Source: Candidatus Saccharimonadales bacterium (GTDB lineage: Bacteria; Patescibacteriota; Saccharimonadia; Saccharimonadales; UBA4665). Taken from it: DNA of 64,000 nucleotides. A program made the translations under genes and the position numbers. This document shows positions 46,506 through 55,472 of the stretch, piece after piece (the first letter of the stretch is position 1; every line of letters starts with the position of its first letter). The stretch is taken from NCBI GenBank assembly GCA_036392795.1, contig DASVXH010000083.1:1563-65562 (forward strand). The letters run 5' to 3'. Under the pieces are notes generated by a model. The model had not been told where the DNA came from. It was given only the letters and a program-made list of their open reading frames with translations, and made no database searches.

Positions 46506-46537
46506 ACAGGCAGTATGCGCCTGGACAGGGCAATTAT

Positions 46538-47011
46538 TCAAGCCTGTCGGTGTCTGCCTTGATACCGGCGCCTTGGGATGGGCGGCATGCTAAACCCCGT
46601 ATAGGAATCGGCAAGACTGGAGTCGAACAATGCGCCCAGTCGGTGACGGACGCTTCCTATAACTTCAGCAGCGAGCTGCCATGAATCAATACGGTTCGAA
46701 CCGTCATTATCCCCAGTCATGACCCGTGCCAGTCCAAAATATGCCACCTGTTTTAGTGACCCTCCTGCTTGCTTTATTGCGGCCTGGTCGGTCAGAGGAC
46801 GTACCACATTCCAACTCTTATAACGCACTGTGTCGGCGATTATTAAATCAGCGATTGCAGTTGCAGCCACGTTCGGATTATTTCCTTCTACGAGCCAAAA
46901 ATGCTCAGGCAGCAGCAAACACTCCCAGTCTTTTAGCTGTTGATTCATCCGTGATTGTGCTTCTGGCCAATCGGCAAATGTATGCAAGCCCACTTCAATC
47001 ATGGGAGCCAT
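46538..47011 (-). CDS. Hypothetical protein, 157 aa
   Basis: ORF between the alkA-like gene and gdh on the same strand. Confidence 0.55.
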   Translation of the reverse strand: MAPMIEVGLHTFADWPEAQSRMNQQLKDWECLLLPEHFWLVEGNNPNVAATAIADLIIADTVRYKSWNVVRPLTDQAAIKQAGGSLKQVAYFGLARVMTGDNDGSNRIDSWQLAAEVIGSVRHRLGALFDSSLADSYTGFSMPPIPRRRYQGRHRQA

Positions 47012-47019
47012 TCTAGATA

Positions 47020-47634
47020 TTATTTGGGTTCATTGTCAAGCATATGCCACAAATACAAGGCAGCGACCGTGCGATAGGGCCGCCAGCGTTCGGCAAAGCG
47101 AATTAATTCGGCCCGCGAAGGTAATGCGTCCCAGCCATAAAGTCGCTTCATGGCGTTTTGCAGCCCCACATCATCCGGTGCAAACACGTCCGGACGGCCA
47201 AGCGTAAACATCAAAAACATTTGCGCCGTCCATACGCCAATACCCTTAACCTTTGTCAATTCAGCAATCACCGCATCGTCATTGAGCGCTTCCAAGTGGT
47301 TAAATACCGCTGAATCGCGCACAAAATGGTCGGCAAGGTCTTTGACGTAGCGAGCCTTTGATGCCGACAAACCAATCTGTTTGCATGTCTCTTCGTCCAG
47401 TACAACCACTTTATGCGGGTCAAGGTCGGTAGCCCGTTCTAGACGGCCAAAAATACTCGCTGCCGCTTTGACCGAAATCTGCTGGCCAACAATAGATCTT
47501 GCCAGCGAGACAAAATAGTCTTCTGGGCGACGCGGCGCGGAGTGGATGGACGCATGGCGGTCAATAATCACGCCAAGCGTCGGATCCAAATGTTTTAACT
47601 CTTTTTCTGCCTTTAGCATATCATCGCTCGTCAT
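47020..47634 (-). CDS. DNA-3-methyladenine glycosylase II-like HhH-GPD base-excision enzyme
   Basis: VKGIGVWTAQMFLMFTLGRPDVFAPDDVGL (helix-hairpin-helix, Gly/Pro loop and catalytic Asp). Confidence 0.85.
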   Translation of the reverse strand: MTSDDMLKAEKELKHLDPTLGVIIDRHASIHSAPRRPEDYFVSLARSIVGQQISVKAAASIFGRLERATDLDPHKVVVLDEETCKQIGLSASKARYVKDLADHFVRDSAVFNHLEALNDDAVIAELTKVKGIGVWTAQMFLMFTLGRPDVFAPDDVGLQNAMKRLYGWDALPSRAELIRFAERWRPYRTVAALYLWHMLDNEPK

Positions 47635-47685
47635 AGTCGCTATTGTACCAGGTTGGGGTCTATTAACCTCTCGGCTAAATTCTTA

Positions 47686-47715
47686 TTGAGAAAATCGCGG
47701 TTTTGGGTCTATAAT
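47686..47715 (+). promoter_or_regulatory. Candidate promoter for the HisG-like gene
   Basis: TTGAGA (47686-47691), 18-nt spacer, consensus TATAAT (47710-47715). Confidence 0.45.
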
Positions 47716-47784
47716 ATGGCCGTATTATCACTTTCAAGGCACGTCGGATATTACCGATGTGCTTTCTTTAAGAGAGGGACATCA

Positions 47785-48438
47785 ATGATATCTACGCGAG
47801 AGTTTATACATCCCGCCGCCCTAAGCAGCGCATTTGAAGACGCTACAGAGATACTCGTGCCAAAAGGACGCTGGCAGGAGGACTATCTTGGTCTTTTAAA
47901 ATTGGCGGGAGTGGACATTCTGTGGCTCGACGACATTGGCGGCGTAGCGCACGATTATGTTAATAAACACAACTTACGCGTCACTATTCAACGCGACGAG
48001 GCGATACCCTGGTGCGTAGACAACATCGAGGGGGTGGTTGGTTTTGGCTGTCATCATCATTACGAGGCATACCGCTACAATCACCCTGACACTAACATCC
48101 ACTATAGGCCTCTGGGACACGTTGAAGGAGCGCGCTTTGCACTGGCAGCCCACAGGGGACGAGTAGACGCCACCAAACAGATTTGGCAGGATGGCGGAGT
48201 TATAGTCATTGGCACCGAAAACGAAGGAATGGCTCACACCCTCTTTAGTTCGCGCCAGTTTAAGCCAATATGCCAAGCATTACCCCCCGGAAGCGTTGAA
48301 TTAGGAGGTCGAGCTCTGGCAGGACTTGATGCAGTATTGTTGATTAAACAATGGGGAGCCACCTCTGACCATCATCAATTAGAGGTCTTCGAAGATGATT
48401 TAAGCCCGATCTTCCATAATTTTTATTGGAGAGAATAG
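47785..48438 (+). CDS. Divergent ATP-phosphoribosyltransferase (HisG short-form)-like protein
   Basis: ILVPKGRWQEDYLGLLKLAGV resembles the HisG N-terminus (I-A-x-PKGRL-x-E...L-x-AG). The later LPPGSVELGGRALAGLDAV segment is also HisG-like. The PRPP-loop region is not conserved. Start moved to ATG 47785. Confidence 0.45.
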   Translation: MISTREFIHPAALSSAFEDATEILVPKGRWQEDYLGLLKLAGVDILWLDDIGGVAHDYVNKHNLRVTIQRDEAIPWCVDNIEGVVGFGCHHHYEAYRYNHPDTNIHYRPLGHVEGARFALAAHRGRVDATKQIWQDGGVIVIGTENEGMAHTLFSSRQFKPICQALPPGSVELGGRALAGLDAVLLIKQWGATSDHHQLEVFEDDLSPIFHNFYWRE

Positions 48439-48589
48439 CCGGCGATCGCCAGGGGTAAGTTCCGAAATTTGACAGGAACATTTATTTTTTTGTAATCTTG
48501 TTTACAGAACAACCTAGAAATCGCGATACGATTAAGGTTAAAAGCGGAGCAGTATATGCTCCTTAATTATTACCACGAGGAGCACTACG

Positions 48590-49492
48590 GTGGCAGCAGC
48601 AGGGGTCTATAATTCACTATATCCGACGGAATACCTCTTGGAAACACCGGTCTGGGACCTACCCACCAACACAGAAGATCCAGACTTATTGACCAGCATG
48701 CTAAAAGCACGCCTTGATGCCCAGCTAGCCGTTGCGGGGCTGACGGGCAATCCGCAAATCGCTTTTGCCCTCGATTTGGCATTTGCTGCCCACAAGGGCA
48801 GAAAGCGTACCAATGGTAATTACATCGACCATCCGATGCGCGCGACGATATATTTATTGGATAGCCTGGGAGTCCACGACCCGGACATCGTAGCGGCAGA
48901 CATCATACACGACGTTGGCGAGGACGAATACAAGCGCGTCATCAACTGGTACGGTGACGGCAACTTGATCCTTAACGAAGCCGGCGAGCCCGACATTAAT
49001 GCCAATGTCGCAAAAGCATTTGATGCCCTGCATAGTACCCGCAAACTAAGCGAACGAACACTCGATATTGCAAATCGAGTAACGGTTCCTTCATTTGAAG
49101 AGCATCTGGCAGTGATAGAAGAGGATCGAAAATGGGCGGTAAAGACCGGCCTTTTTTTGTCTCATATTGCACTAGAGGTCATAACTTGTCCGGCAGCAGT
49201 CGTCGTTAAACGCTCCGACCTTAAAGACAATGCAGTAGACAACCATCACACCCACGGCCCCGCTAAAATGATTAGATCCGATAAAAAATATTACGCCCTT
49301 TGGAAGCCCATGGATGCGGCCCTTGACGATCCGGATTGTATTATCAAGAATCCAGCTATTCGGGCCGAAACTCGTCTGGAGTTTTGGGAAGGCAAGGGCC
49401 GCGCTGAGGCTCGGTTGGTAGAGGCCGGGGTCTCCTTGCACGGTTTAGCCAAAGAGATCGGTATAGATCCCAAACTCTTATTGGACATGTAG
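48590..49492 (+). CDS. RelA/SpoT-type HD-domain protein (small alarmone hydrolase-like) with an unknown C-terminal half
   Basis: AFAAHKGRKRTNGNYIDHPMRATIYLL ... AADIIHDVGED matches the SpoT/Mesh1 hydrolase pattern. GAGGAG lies before GTG 48590. Confidence 0.6.
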   Translation: MAAAGVYNSLYPTEYLLETPVWDLPTNTEDPDLLTSMLKARLDAQLAVAGLTGNPQIAFALDLAFAAHKGRKRTNGNYIDHPMRATIYLLDSLGVHDPDIVAADIIHDVGEDEYKRVINWYGDGNLILNEAGEPDINANVAKAFDALHSTRKLSERTLDIANRVTVPSFEEHLAVIEEDRKWAVKTGLFLSHIALEVITCPAAVVVKRSDLKDNAVDNHHTHGPAKMIRSDKKYYALWKPMDAALDDPDCIIKNPAIRAETRLEFWEGKGRAEARLVEAGVSLHGLAKEIGIDPKLLLDM

Positions 49493-49573
49493 AGCCAAGC
49501 CAATTAAAACGGGTGGTAAAAGGCGGAGAATTTCTGTTGTGGTTTTATGACGCTTGGTATTTAATGGACGGAT

Positions 49574-50245
49574 ATGATAAACCCCGATCGAAGATCCGCT
49601 ACCGGTTACATCACTACCGATCTTAAGGGCAACCGCCAAGATATGTTTGGCGTGAATGTCGTACAGGCTCTTTACGGTGACGATCAGCTTATTGGAGTCA
49701 AAAATATTTTCGGCTCCAGTTGGCTACAGAATAATCGCTGCCCCATCGTTTATCCCACTCCGGAGTCATGCAATACGGCATCCTGGCCCAGTCGGCTTTT
49801 TAGACTGACCATACCGCCGGGCGTCAACAGTATAGAGAAGGATGGCGGCCAAAGGGTTAGCGCCGCATTTGTTGATCAAGAGGAAAATCCGTCCCTAATA
49901 CTAGGGAAGCAGCACGATGGTCTATTTGCCATGGCTGAAAAGATCATCGCCATTGTCCAAGAAGAGCAGTATGCGATAGAATCCCGCGCAGCGAATCTTG
50001 GCATCGATACGGCACAAGCTGCAACACGAATCCTGGCCGTCGCCAATAACGAAGGCCGCCAAAATACTAAGGCTTGCCTAGAAATGGTGCGGCTGGCCAA
50101 TCCTGACGGGTGGTCGCACGCCACTATTGGTAACGCAGTTCTCGCCGTTGCCCACTACGATTTACTGACAGAGAAAGACCTCTGGAATAATCTGGGCAGC
50201 CTTCTTTACGCACCTTGGCGCGAAGTCATGGGTGACGACCTATAG
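49574..50245 (+). CDS. Hypothetical protein, 223 aa
   Basis: ORF only. Confidence 0.5.
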   Translation: MINPDRRSATGYITTDLKGNRQDMFGVNVVQALYGDDQLIGVKNIFGSSWLQNNRCPIVYPTPESCNTASWPSRLFRLTIPPGVNSIEKDGGQRVSAAFVDQEENPSLILGKQHDGLFAMAEKIIAIVQEEQYAIESRAANLGIDTAQAATRILAVANNEGRQNTKACLEMVRLANPDGWSHATIGNAVLAVAHYDLLTEKDLWNNLGSLLYAPWREVMGDDL

Positions 50246-50438
50246 TCAAAAATGCTTATTCTTATTGCATAAAAACGGCAACAGGACTAGTATAGCCTAC
50301 GTGTCACAATAAAATCCGAAACGTCGCCGTTTCATTTGATCGGCGATATCTTAATTTTATCCGCTAAGATAGGAGCAATTATTACCCCTGCGGCGCCCGC
50401 AGCGTCGTTAGTATGACCTTGAACAGGAGTTGTTAGTT

Positions 50439-51167
50439 ATGGCCAAAAACACCAAAGATCTATCCGCAGAGCTACAAGATCTCAATCAGTCAAAAAAGGT
50501 AGATGCTTCAGCGAGGGAAGAGAAGTCTTCCTCCACGGCAATGTTCTGGAGGAAAGTCGCTGCATGGATTGGAGGGATTAGCGTCATTGGCACTGCCGCC
50601 GCAACCCCCGTAGCTGGGTACGGAAACGCCCGAATGAATTCCAACGATCAACTACTGGAAAGGCAAATCGCAGACGGAATTCGCGACATAACCGGCAAGG
50701 AGGTTCCTGTTGTTTGCCATGATAAGCCGTTTGAAGTGACGCCCTTTATATACGCACCCTCATCTTTGACGGCGGTACTAAAATTAAACCACCAAACTTG
50801 CGATGAAATCGCTAATCTAAAAACCGTTAAAAAACCGACCGAATCCCTGGTGCATAGCACATTGGGCGTCGTCTTCGCAGCCGTAAACATAGCAAAACCA
50901 CACCAGATCGAGACAAAGGGCCAGGCCAACTGCGTGGCCGTACAGCTGGTCGGTCGTTTTGCGGCCAATATGGGCATGGCAAACGAGGCGGCTACAACTC
51001 TTCAGCACAATGCCGCCCATAGTTTCATCTATACCGCGGTCACACCGGCCGAACACGAAATAGCCATTCCGGAAAACGTCTGTCGCTCAGGCGGAGCGCT
51101 TGACGTTCATGCCCCCGGCAACGATATTCGCTTTCCTCTTGCCGGCAATGTACGCCGGATTAAATAA
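50439..51167 (+). CDS. Membrane-anchored protein with a Cys-containing extracytoplasmic domain
   Basis: AGGAG lies 9 nt before ATG 50439. One TM helix (VAAWIGGISVIGTAAATPVAG), then a domain of about 175 aa with 4 Cys. Confidence 0.55.
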   Translation: MAKNTKDLSAELQDLNQSKKVDASAREEKSSSTAMFWRKVAAWIGGISVIGTAAATPVAGYGNARMNSNDQLLERQIADGIRDITGKEVPVVCHDKPFEVTPFIYAPSSLTAVLKLNHQTCDEIANLKTVKKPTESLVHSTLGVVFAAVNIAKPHQIETKGQANCVAVQLVGRFAANMGMANEAATTLQHNAAHSFIYTAVTPAEHEIAIPENVCRSGGALDVHAPGNDIRFPLAGNVRRIK

Positions 51168-51339
51168 GCCAAACTATAAGACTTGCATTTTACCATCGCC
51201 CCGGTCTTACCTATATAAACATAATTATGTTTCACCCCTAACTTTTCTGAAGATTTTTAAGGCAAGTTTCCATTTTTCCATGCTACCGTATGGATCCCTG
51301 GTCAATAAGATGATATGATTATTAAAAGGAAATTAAATT

Positions 51340-51798
51340 ATGTCGCTTGAACGTGCTATCAAAAAACTAAACTCTTATGAACTTGGGATTACCCATACTC
51401 TGGTGACACGCTACACCAATAATTTCCGCAATCGTATCCTGCGCCCTTATGATCTGAACTCCGCCGAATGGTTTGTACTTGGACTCGTCTACAGCAAAAC
51501 ATCCAAAGGTGGTATTCGCGTAACCGACCTGGCAGCTATATTAGATGTTAAAACCACCTACATCACCGCCATCCTGGGCACCCTACGCATAAAACAGTAT
51601 GTCGACACAAATTCGGACAGCAGCGATGCTCGCGTCCGCCTGATAGTAGCCACCAACAAGGGCGAAACAGCCGCCAAACAAATTGAGACCACCCTTCGCA
51701 AAGAGACCGAAAAACTCCTGCGAAACCAGGTAAGCGGCGAGGAATACGCTAGCTACCTAAAAGTCATGCGCAAGATTGCACAATTGCCACAAAGTTAG
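51340..51798 (+). CDS. MarR-family transcriptional regulator
   Basis: Winged-helix pattern LNSAEWFVLGLV ... IRVTDLAAILDVKTTYITAILGTLRIKQYV ... DARVRLI. Confidence 0.8.
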   Translation: MSLERAIKKLNSYELGITHTLVTRYTNNFRNRILRPYDLNSAEWFVLGLVYSKTSKGGIRVTDLAAILDVKTTYITAILGTLRIKQYVDTNSDSSDARVRLIVATNKGETAAKQIETTLRKETEKLLRNQVSGEEYASYLKVMRKIAQLPQS

Positions 51799-51813
51799 TA
51801 TTCTGTACAGTCT

Positions 51814-52572
51814 ATGGGATTATTCGATCGCTTCCGGAGAAAGCCGGACAACCTCGCTCATTTTGCCGAACTCGCCGAAGAGTCCGGTGATATTTCGTCG
51901 GCAGTATCTATGGCCATGAGCGGTCTGGAACCCAGTCAGCAGATAGAAATCGCACTACGGCTCGCCAGCCTCATGCCGGCCAAGGCCCGCGTAGCGCTTT
52001 TTGGTAATACCCTGGCAAAAGCCGATGAAGCGCTATGGCAGAAAACCATGCAGACGCTGGATTCACGTGAACGCCGCATCCTGACCGTAGACGCGCTTCG
52101 CGAAGAAAGCCACCACACGCATGCCGTCGACCTGGGACAACTGGTTATGGGTACGCAAGTAACCATTAGGCTTAAGTACACTGGATCAGGCGGCCTAACA
52201 CCATTCCCGACTGTCGAACTATATCGCGCAGGCACACAGCTGTACGATGGCGGTGAGGTACACCTTGAATCACTCGGTGGTAATGAATTCGTTACACTGC
52301 GGCCTCTTTCTTTTTATCAGCCCGATAGCTACCCTTACGACTGCATAAGGTACCCGGAAAATTCTGTCGTCCTGCTACAGAGCAGTCATGCGCGCAAAGA
52401 GCCGGCAAGCAATGTTCGTTTTGGTGATCAAGTCCAAATTACATCGGCCGAGAATGACCCTGATTGGCAACACATAACCAACCTAACGTACAATCACAAA
52501 GATGTTGCCAAATATAATGGCATGGTCAAAGTGGGCGGAATGATGCTAGACGGCGTCAGCATGTTCTACTAA
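51814..52572 (+). CDS. Hypothetical protein, 252 aa
   Basis: ORF 15 nt after marR; no motif recognised. Confidence 0.55.
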   Translation: MGLFDRFRRKPDNLAHFAELAEESGDISSAVSMAMSGLEPSQQIEIALRLASLMPAKARVALFGNTLAKADEALWQKTMQTLDSRERRILTVDALREESHHTHAVDLGQLVMGTQVTIRLKYTGSGGLTPFPTVELYRAGTQLYDGGEVHLESLGGNEFVTLRPLSFYQPDSYPYDCIRYPENSVVLLQSSHARKEPASNVRFGDQVQITSAENDPDWQHITNLTYNHKDVAKYNGMVKVGGMMLDGVSMFY

Positions 52573-52627
52573 ATACCGTCCAAAATCCGCTGCAATACAA
52601 CGTATCATACCAAAGAAATTCCGATGG

Positions 52628-54139
52628 CTAGCAGTCCTTTGGCGACCGAACGCGGGATATTACCCAGCCCAGCGACGCATCACCCCTGGTGTGCGCCTTT
52701 ACGCACGTTTCGCCGACACCCAATATGATGCCGTGTCTTTCGGCCAACTCCAGTGCCTGGGCACTTGGCTTGTAGCCAGCTGGCAATCGGCGTTTCTGTA
52801 CTGCACGATCGTGTGCGCGCTGACGAATCTTAGATCCGCTTTCATCCCCATTACTCAACTCCGCTTCTTCATATTCCTGTAGCTCGGCGGCATTTTTCAC
52901 TTTTCGTAGGCGTAGTATGCGTGGCAATAATAGATCATGAACAATAACGTCAGGCTCACGCCCTTCCCATCGCGGTGATCGCAATAGTTTATCGGTTTCG
53001 CTCTCAGCTTCTTCCACCATCTCTATCCGAACGGTCAGATCGAAATATTTTCTTATCAAAAATTGACGTAAGACCTCATAATTGCCCGGCTTTCCGGCTG
53101 CTTTATAGAATTCCCAGTACGGCATGGCGCCATGAGGGTCGGCAAAAAGCTCACCCTTGTGATCCATATGTATAAATTTCCTGAACTGATCGTAGCCGGG
53201 CCGAATGTTAAGATCGAAATTATGAGCAGGCGTGATCATGTAACCATCCATATCAGGATGCTCAATAACGGTCATTGCCATCAAAGGCCAGAGATCGGGC
53301 CTAATATCAGAGTTACGCTCTTCGACCTGTGTGGCAACTTCGGCCTGAGCATTAAACACATCATGGATACTCCAGTGCGAGTCTCCGGCCTCGTGGACCG
53401 CCGACTTAATGCTAAAGTATTTTAGTCGACGTAGTTCTTGAAATAATTCATTATTGTGACGTCGTAGTGTCTTTACGTCGGCGATCTTGGCCACTGGCTC
53501 TTTCTCTACCTGACTGATCGTATGCTGGCGCAGCAAAAGGCGATCGGCAAGTATCCTGTATTTGGCCAGTAGCCACTCAGGGTCTTCGCAGATAGCAGCC
53601 GACAATAGAGAGGCAGTCTTGCCGCTGATCTGTTTTTGAAAATCATAAGGATCCGGTCCTTTGGACAAAACATCTTTCGGAACCTGCATAGCAAGAGCAG
53701 CAGCAAATTGTGTCAGAAAATAGGTCGTACGATCATCTGTGTGCAGTACCTCTTCGGCTGGAGGCCTAAAAACATTGGCATAGACAGACATCAGGGCATG
53801 AGTTGCAAAAGCCCGTGGAATGGTAACCTCGTGGTCATTCATTAATTCTTGCGAAAGTTTTTGCGCCCGCGTTAACAGTTCGGGATAGCGCCCTCGTTTA
53901 ATAAGAGGGGCGAATACGTGCTCTTCTCCCACGCGCATAGCCCCGATACATCCCGCGTGCAGTCCTGCATCGCTACGCGGCAACGTACGCATGACAGCAC
54001 TAGTCCGCTCCGGATTTTCCAAAAAAATAAGCGGCTTTACTATGCCGTTAAATTCTACCACCGGCGATACAGCCTTGGGCGGTGGCGGGGTGTAATTTTC
54101 ATCGAGACGAAAGTGAGATAAATCTTCTGGTCCTGGCAC
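52628..54139 (-). CDS. Hypothetical protein, 503 aa
   Basis: 1.5-kb ORF with a GTG start; no motif recognised. Confidence 0.65.
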   Translation of the reverse strand: MPGPEDLSHFRLDENYTPPPPKAVSPVVEFNGIVKPLIFLENPERTSAVMRTLPRSDAGLHAGCIGAMRVGEEHVFAPLIKRGRYPELLTRAQKLSQELMNDHEVTIPRAFATHALMSVYANVFRPPAEEVLHTDDRTTYFLTQFAAALAMQVPKDVLSKGPDPYDFQKQISGKTASLLSAAICEDPEWLLAKYRILADRLLLRQHTISQVEKEPVAKIADVKTLRRHNNELFQELRRLKYFSIKSAVHEAGDSHWSIHDVFNAQAEVATQVEERNSDIRPDLWPLMAMTVIEHPDMDGYMITPAHNFDLNIRPGYDQFRKFIHMDHKGELFADPHGAMPYWEFYKAAGKPGNYEVLRQFLIRKYFDLTVRIEMVEEAESETDKLLRSPRWEGREPDVIVHDLLLPRILRLRKVKNAAELQEYEEAELSNGDESGSKIRQRAHDRAVQKRRLPAGYKPSAQALELAERHGIILGVGETCVKAHTRGDASLGWVISRVRSPKDC

Positions 54140-54197
54140 AGTTTTCCATTAAAACATATCAACAATAAATCGCAAGCTCTAAAATGCAGTTGGTATT

Positions 54198-54770
54198 TTA
54201 CTTAATAACGTTATCGCGACAGTAGATGCCGGCACGTTCCAGTTTGGTCCAAATAACGTAGCGCCGCACATTGCTGTCGGTAGGGCTACTACCACTGGTG
54301 ATGGGATGACCGTCGTCCGCAGGCCAAGGGTTAGGATCGGGCGTACACCAATGACCCAACTGAATAGAAACCTCATCCTCCGGCCCCACATAGGCATGCG
54401 AAGAAGTTGGTCGCTGGTGATAACAGATAGTGAAGCGACTTGCTTCATACAATACACAATCCTTTGACGGTATAAATGATGGCGCGCACGTACCATCACC
54501 ACCTGCATTTTTTGCGAGATAGCCGGTAATAAACGAGCAAATTTGAGTGGGTGTATCGGCGAAGCCAGTGCCACTGTTGGCAAGCAAGTACTCCTCCATT
54601 GATGCGGCAGTAAAGTCAACAAATTGCCGGCGCTCATGGTTTCGTTCTGTACGGCGCGTCGAGGGAACCGCCAAAAAGATAATAAGTAGAATTACGGCTG
54701 CCAACACCAATACAATAAGCACTTCAATAATCGTAAAGCCGCGAGCGGTAAGAGCGGGTCTGCGCGTCAT
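54198..54770 (-). CDS. Type IV pilin / pseudopilin with prepilin-type N-terminal cleavage-methylation motif
   Basis: MTRRPALTARG|FTIIEVLIVLVLAAVILLII, with Glu at +5. 6 Cys in the globular domain. Confidence 0.85.
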   Translation of the reverse strand: MTRRPALTARGFTIIEVLIVLVLAAVILLIIFLAVPSTRRTERNHERRQFVDFTAASMEEYLLANSGTGFADTPTQICSFITGYLAKNAGGDGTCAPSFIPSKDCVLYEASRFTICYHQRPTSSHAYVGPEDEVSIQLGHWCTPDPNPWPADDGHPITSGSSPTDSNVRRYVIWTKLERAGIYCRDNVIK

Positions 54771-54878
54771 TTCCTTTAGCTTATCATAAGCATAAGCGAC
54801 AATGAAAGCGTGTTGTTACGCAACAAAATCGCATTTTCTATTCGCAACCCGTATGAGCACCTGATACTATAAGCGCTT

Positions 54879-55466
54879 ATGAGTACAGAATATAAAGAGA
54901 ACGGTCTATATGCCGCAGACACATTATTACAACTATACCACGGACCGCTAAACAGAATCGAATATCGAAACATTCTACTAAGCAGCAGCGAGCCGCATAT
55001 TAATGACGCTTACGATCCCAATAGGGAGCTAGTCCCCCATTTCGCCACCGTCTATTGGCCTGGCGGCAGCCCGGAGCACGGAGACGAGCTGGAGACCGTT
55101 GCACTAACCATAACCCCTGAACCTTCAGATACGGCAGCAGAGATGACCATTGTTCGACGATCGATATTAGGAGCAAGCATTGGCCAGGCTGCGATGGACC
55201 GGATTCCCGCCGAACTTCAGGAACGTTGGAGCGGCGCCAGAGAACGACCAGGTGATATAGTGAACCATATCATCGAAGGCATGTTCAATATTGGCCGCCG
55301 ACCACTTGCCATCTGCAGGACAAGCGATGTCGTAGGCAGTGATCCGATAATGCGCACCATGCATCTTTACTACCCCCGGACAATTCCCCCAGAAGTGTCT
55401 TTAGCCGCCCTCCAAAGAAGCATGCAACGTCTAATAGATCGAGAACAGCAACTTGACACAGCTTAG
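54879..55466 (+). CDS. Hypothetical protein, 195 aa
   Basis: ORF divergent from the pilin gene. Confidence 0.5.
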   Translation: MSTEYKENGLYAADTLLQLYHGPLNRIEYRNILLSSSEPHINDAYDPNRELVPHFATVYWPGGSPEHGDELETVALTITPEPSDTAAEMTIVRRSILGASIGQAAMDRIPAELQERWSGARERPGDIVNHIIEGMFNIGRRPLAICRTSDVVGSDPIMRTMHLYYPRTIPPEVSLAALQRSMQRLIDREQQLDTA

Positions 55467-55472
55467 CGTAGA

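Noticed and set aside
54179-54637. 152-aa minus-strand ORF in another frame of the pilin gene
   Set aside because: The pilin frame has the diagnostic prepilin leader and hydrophobic helix. The alternative frame has no start context.
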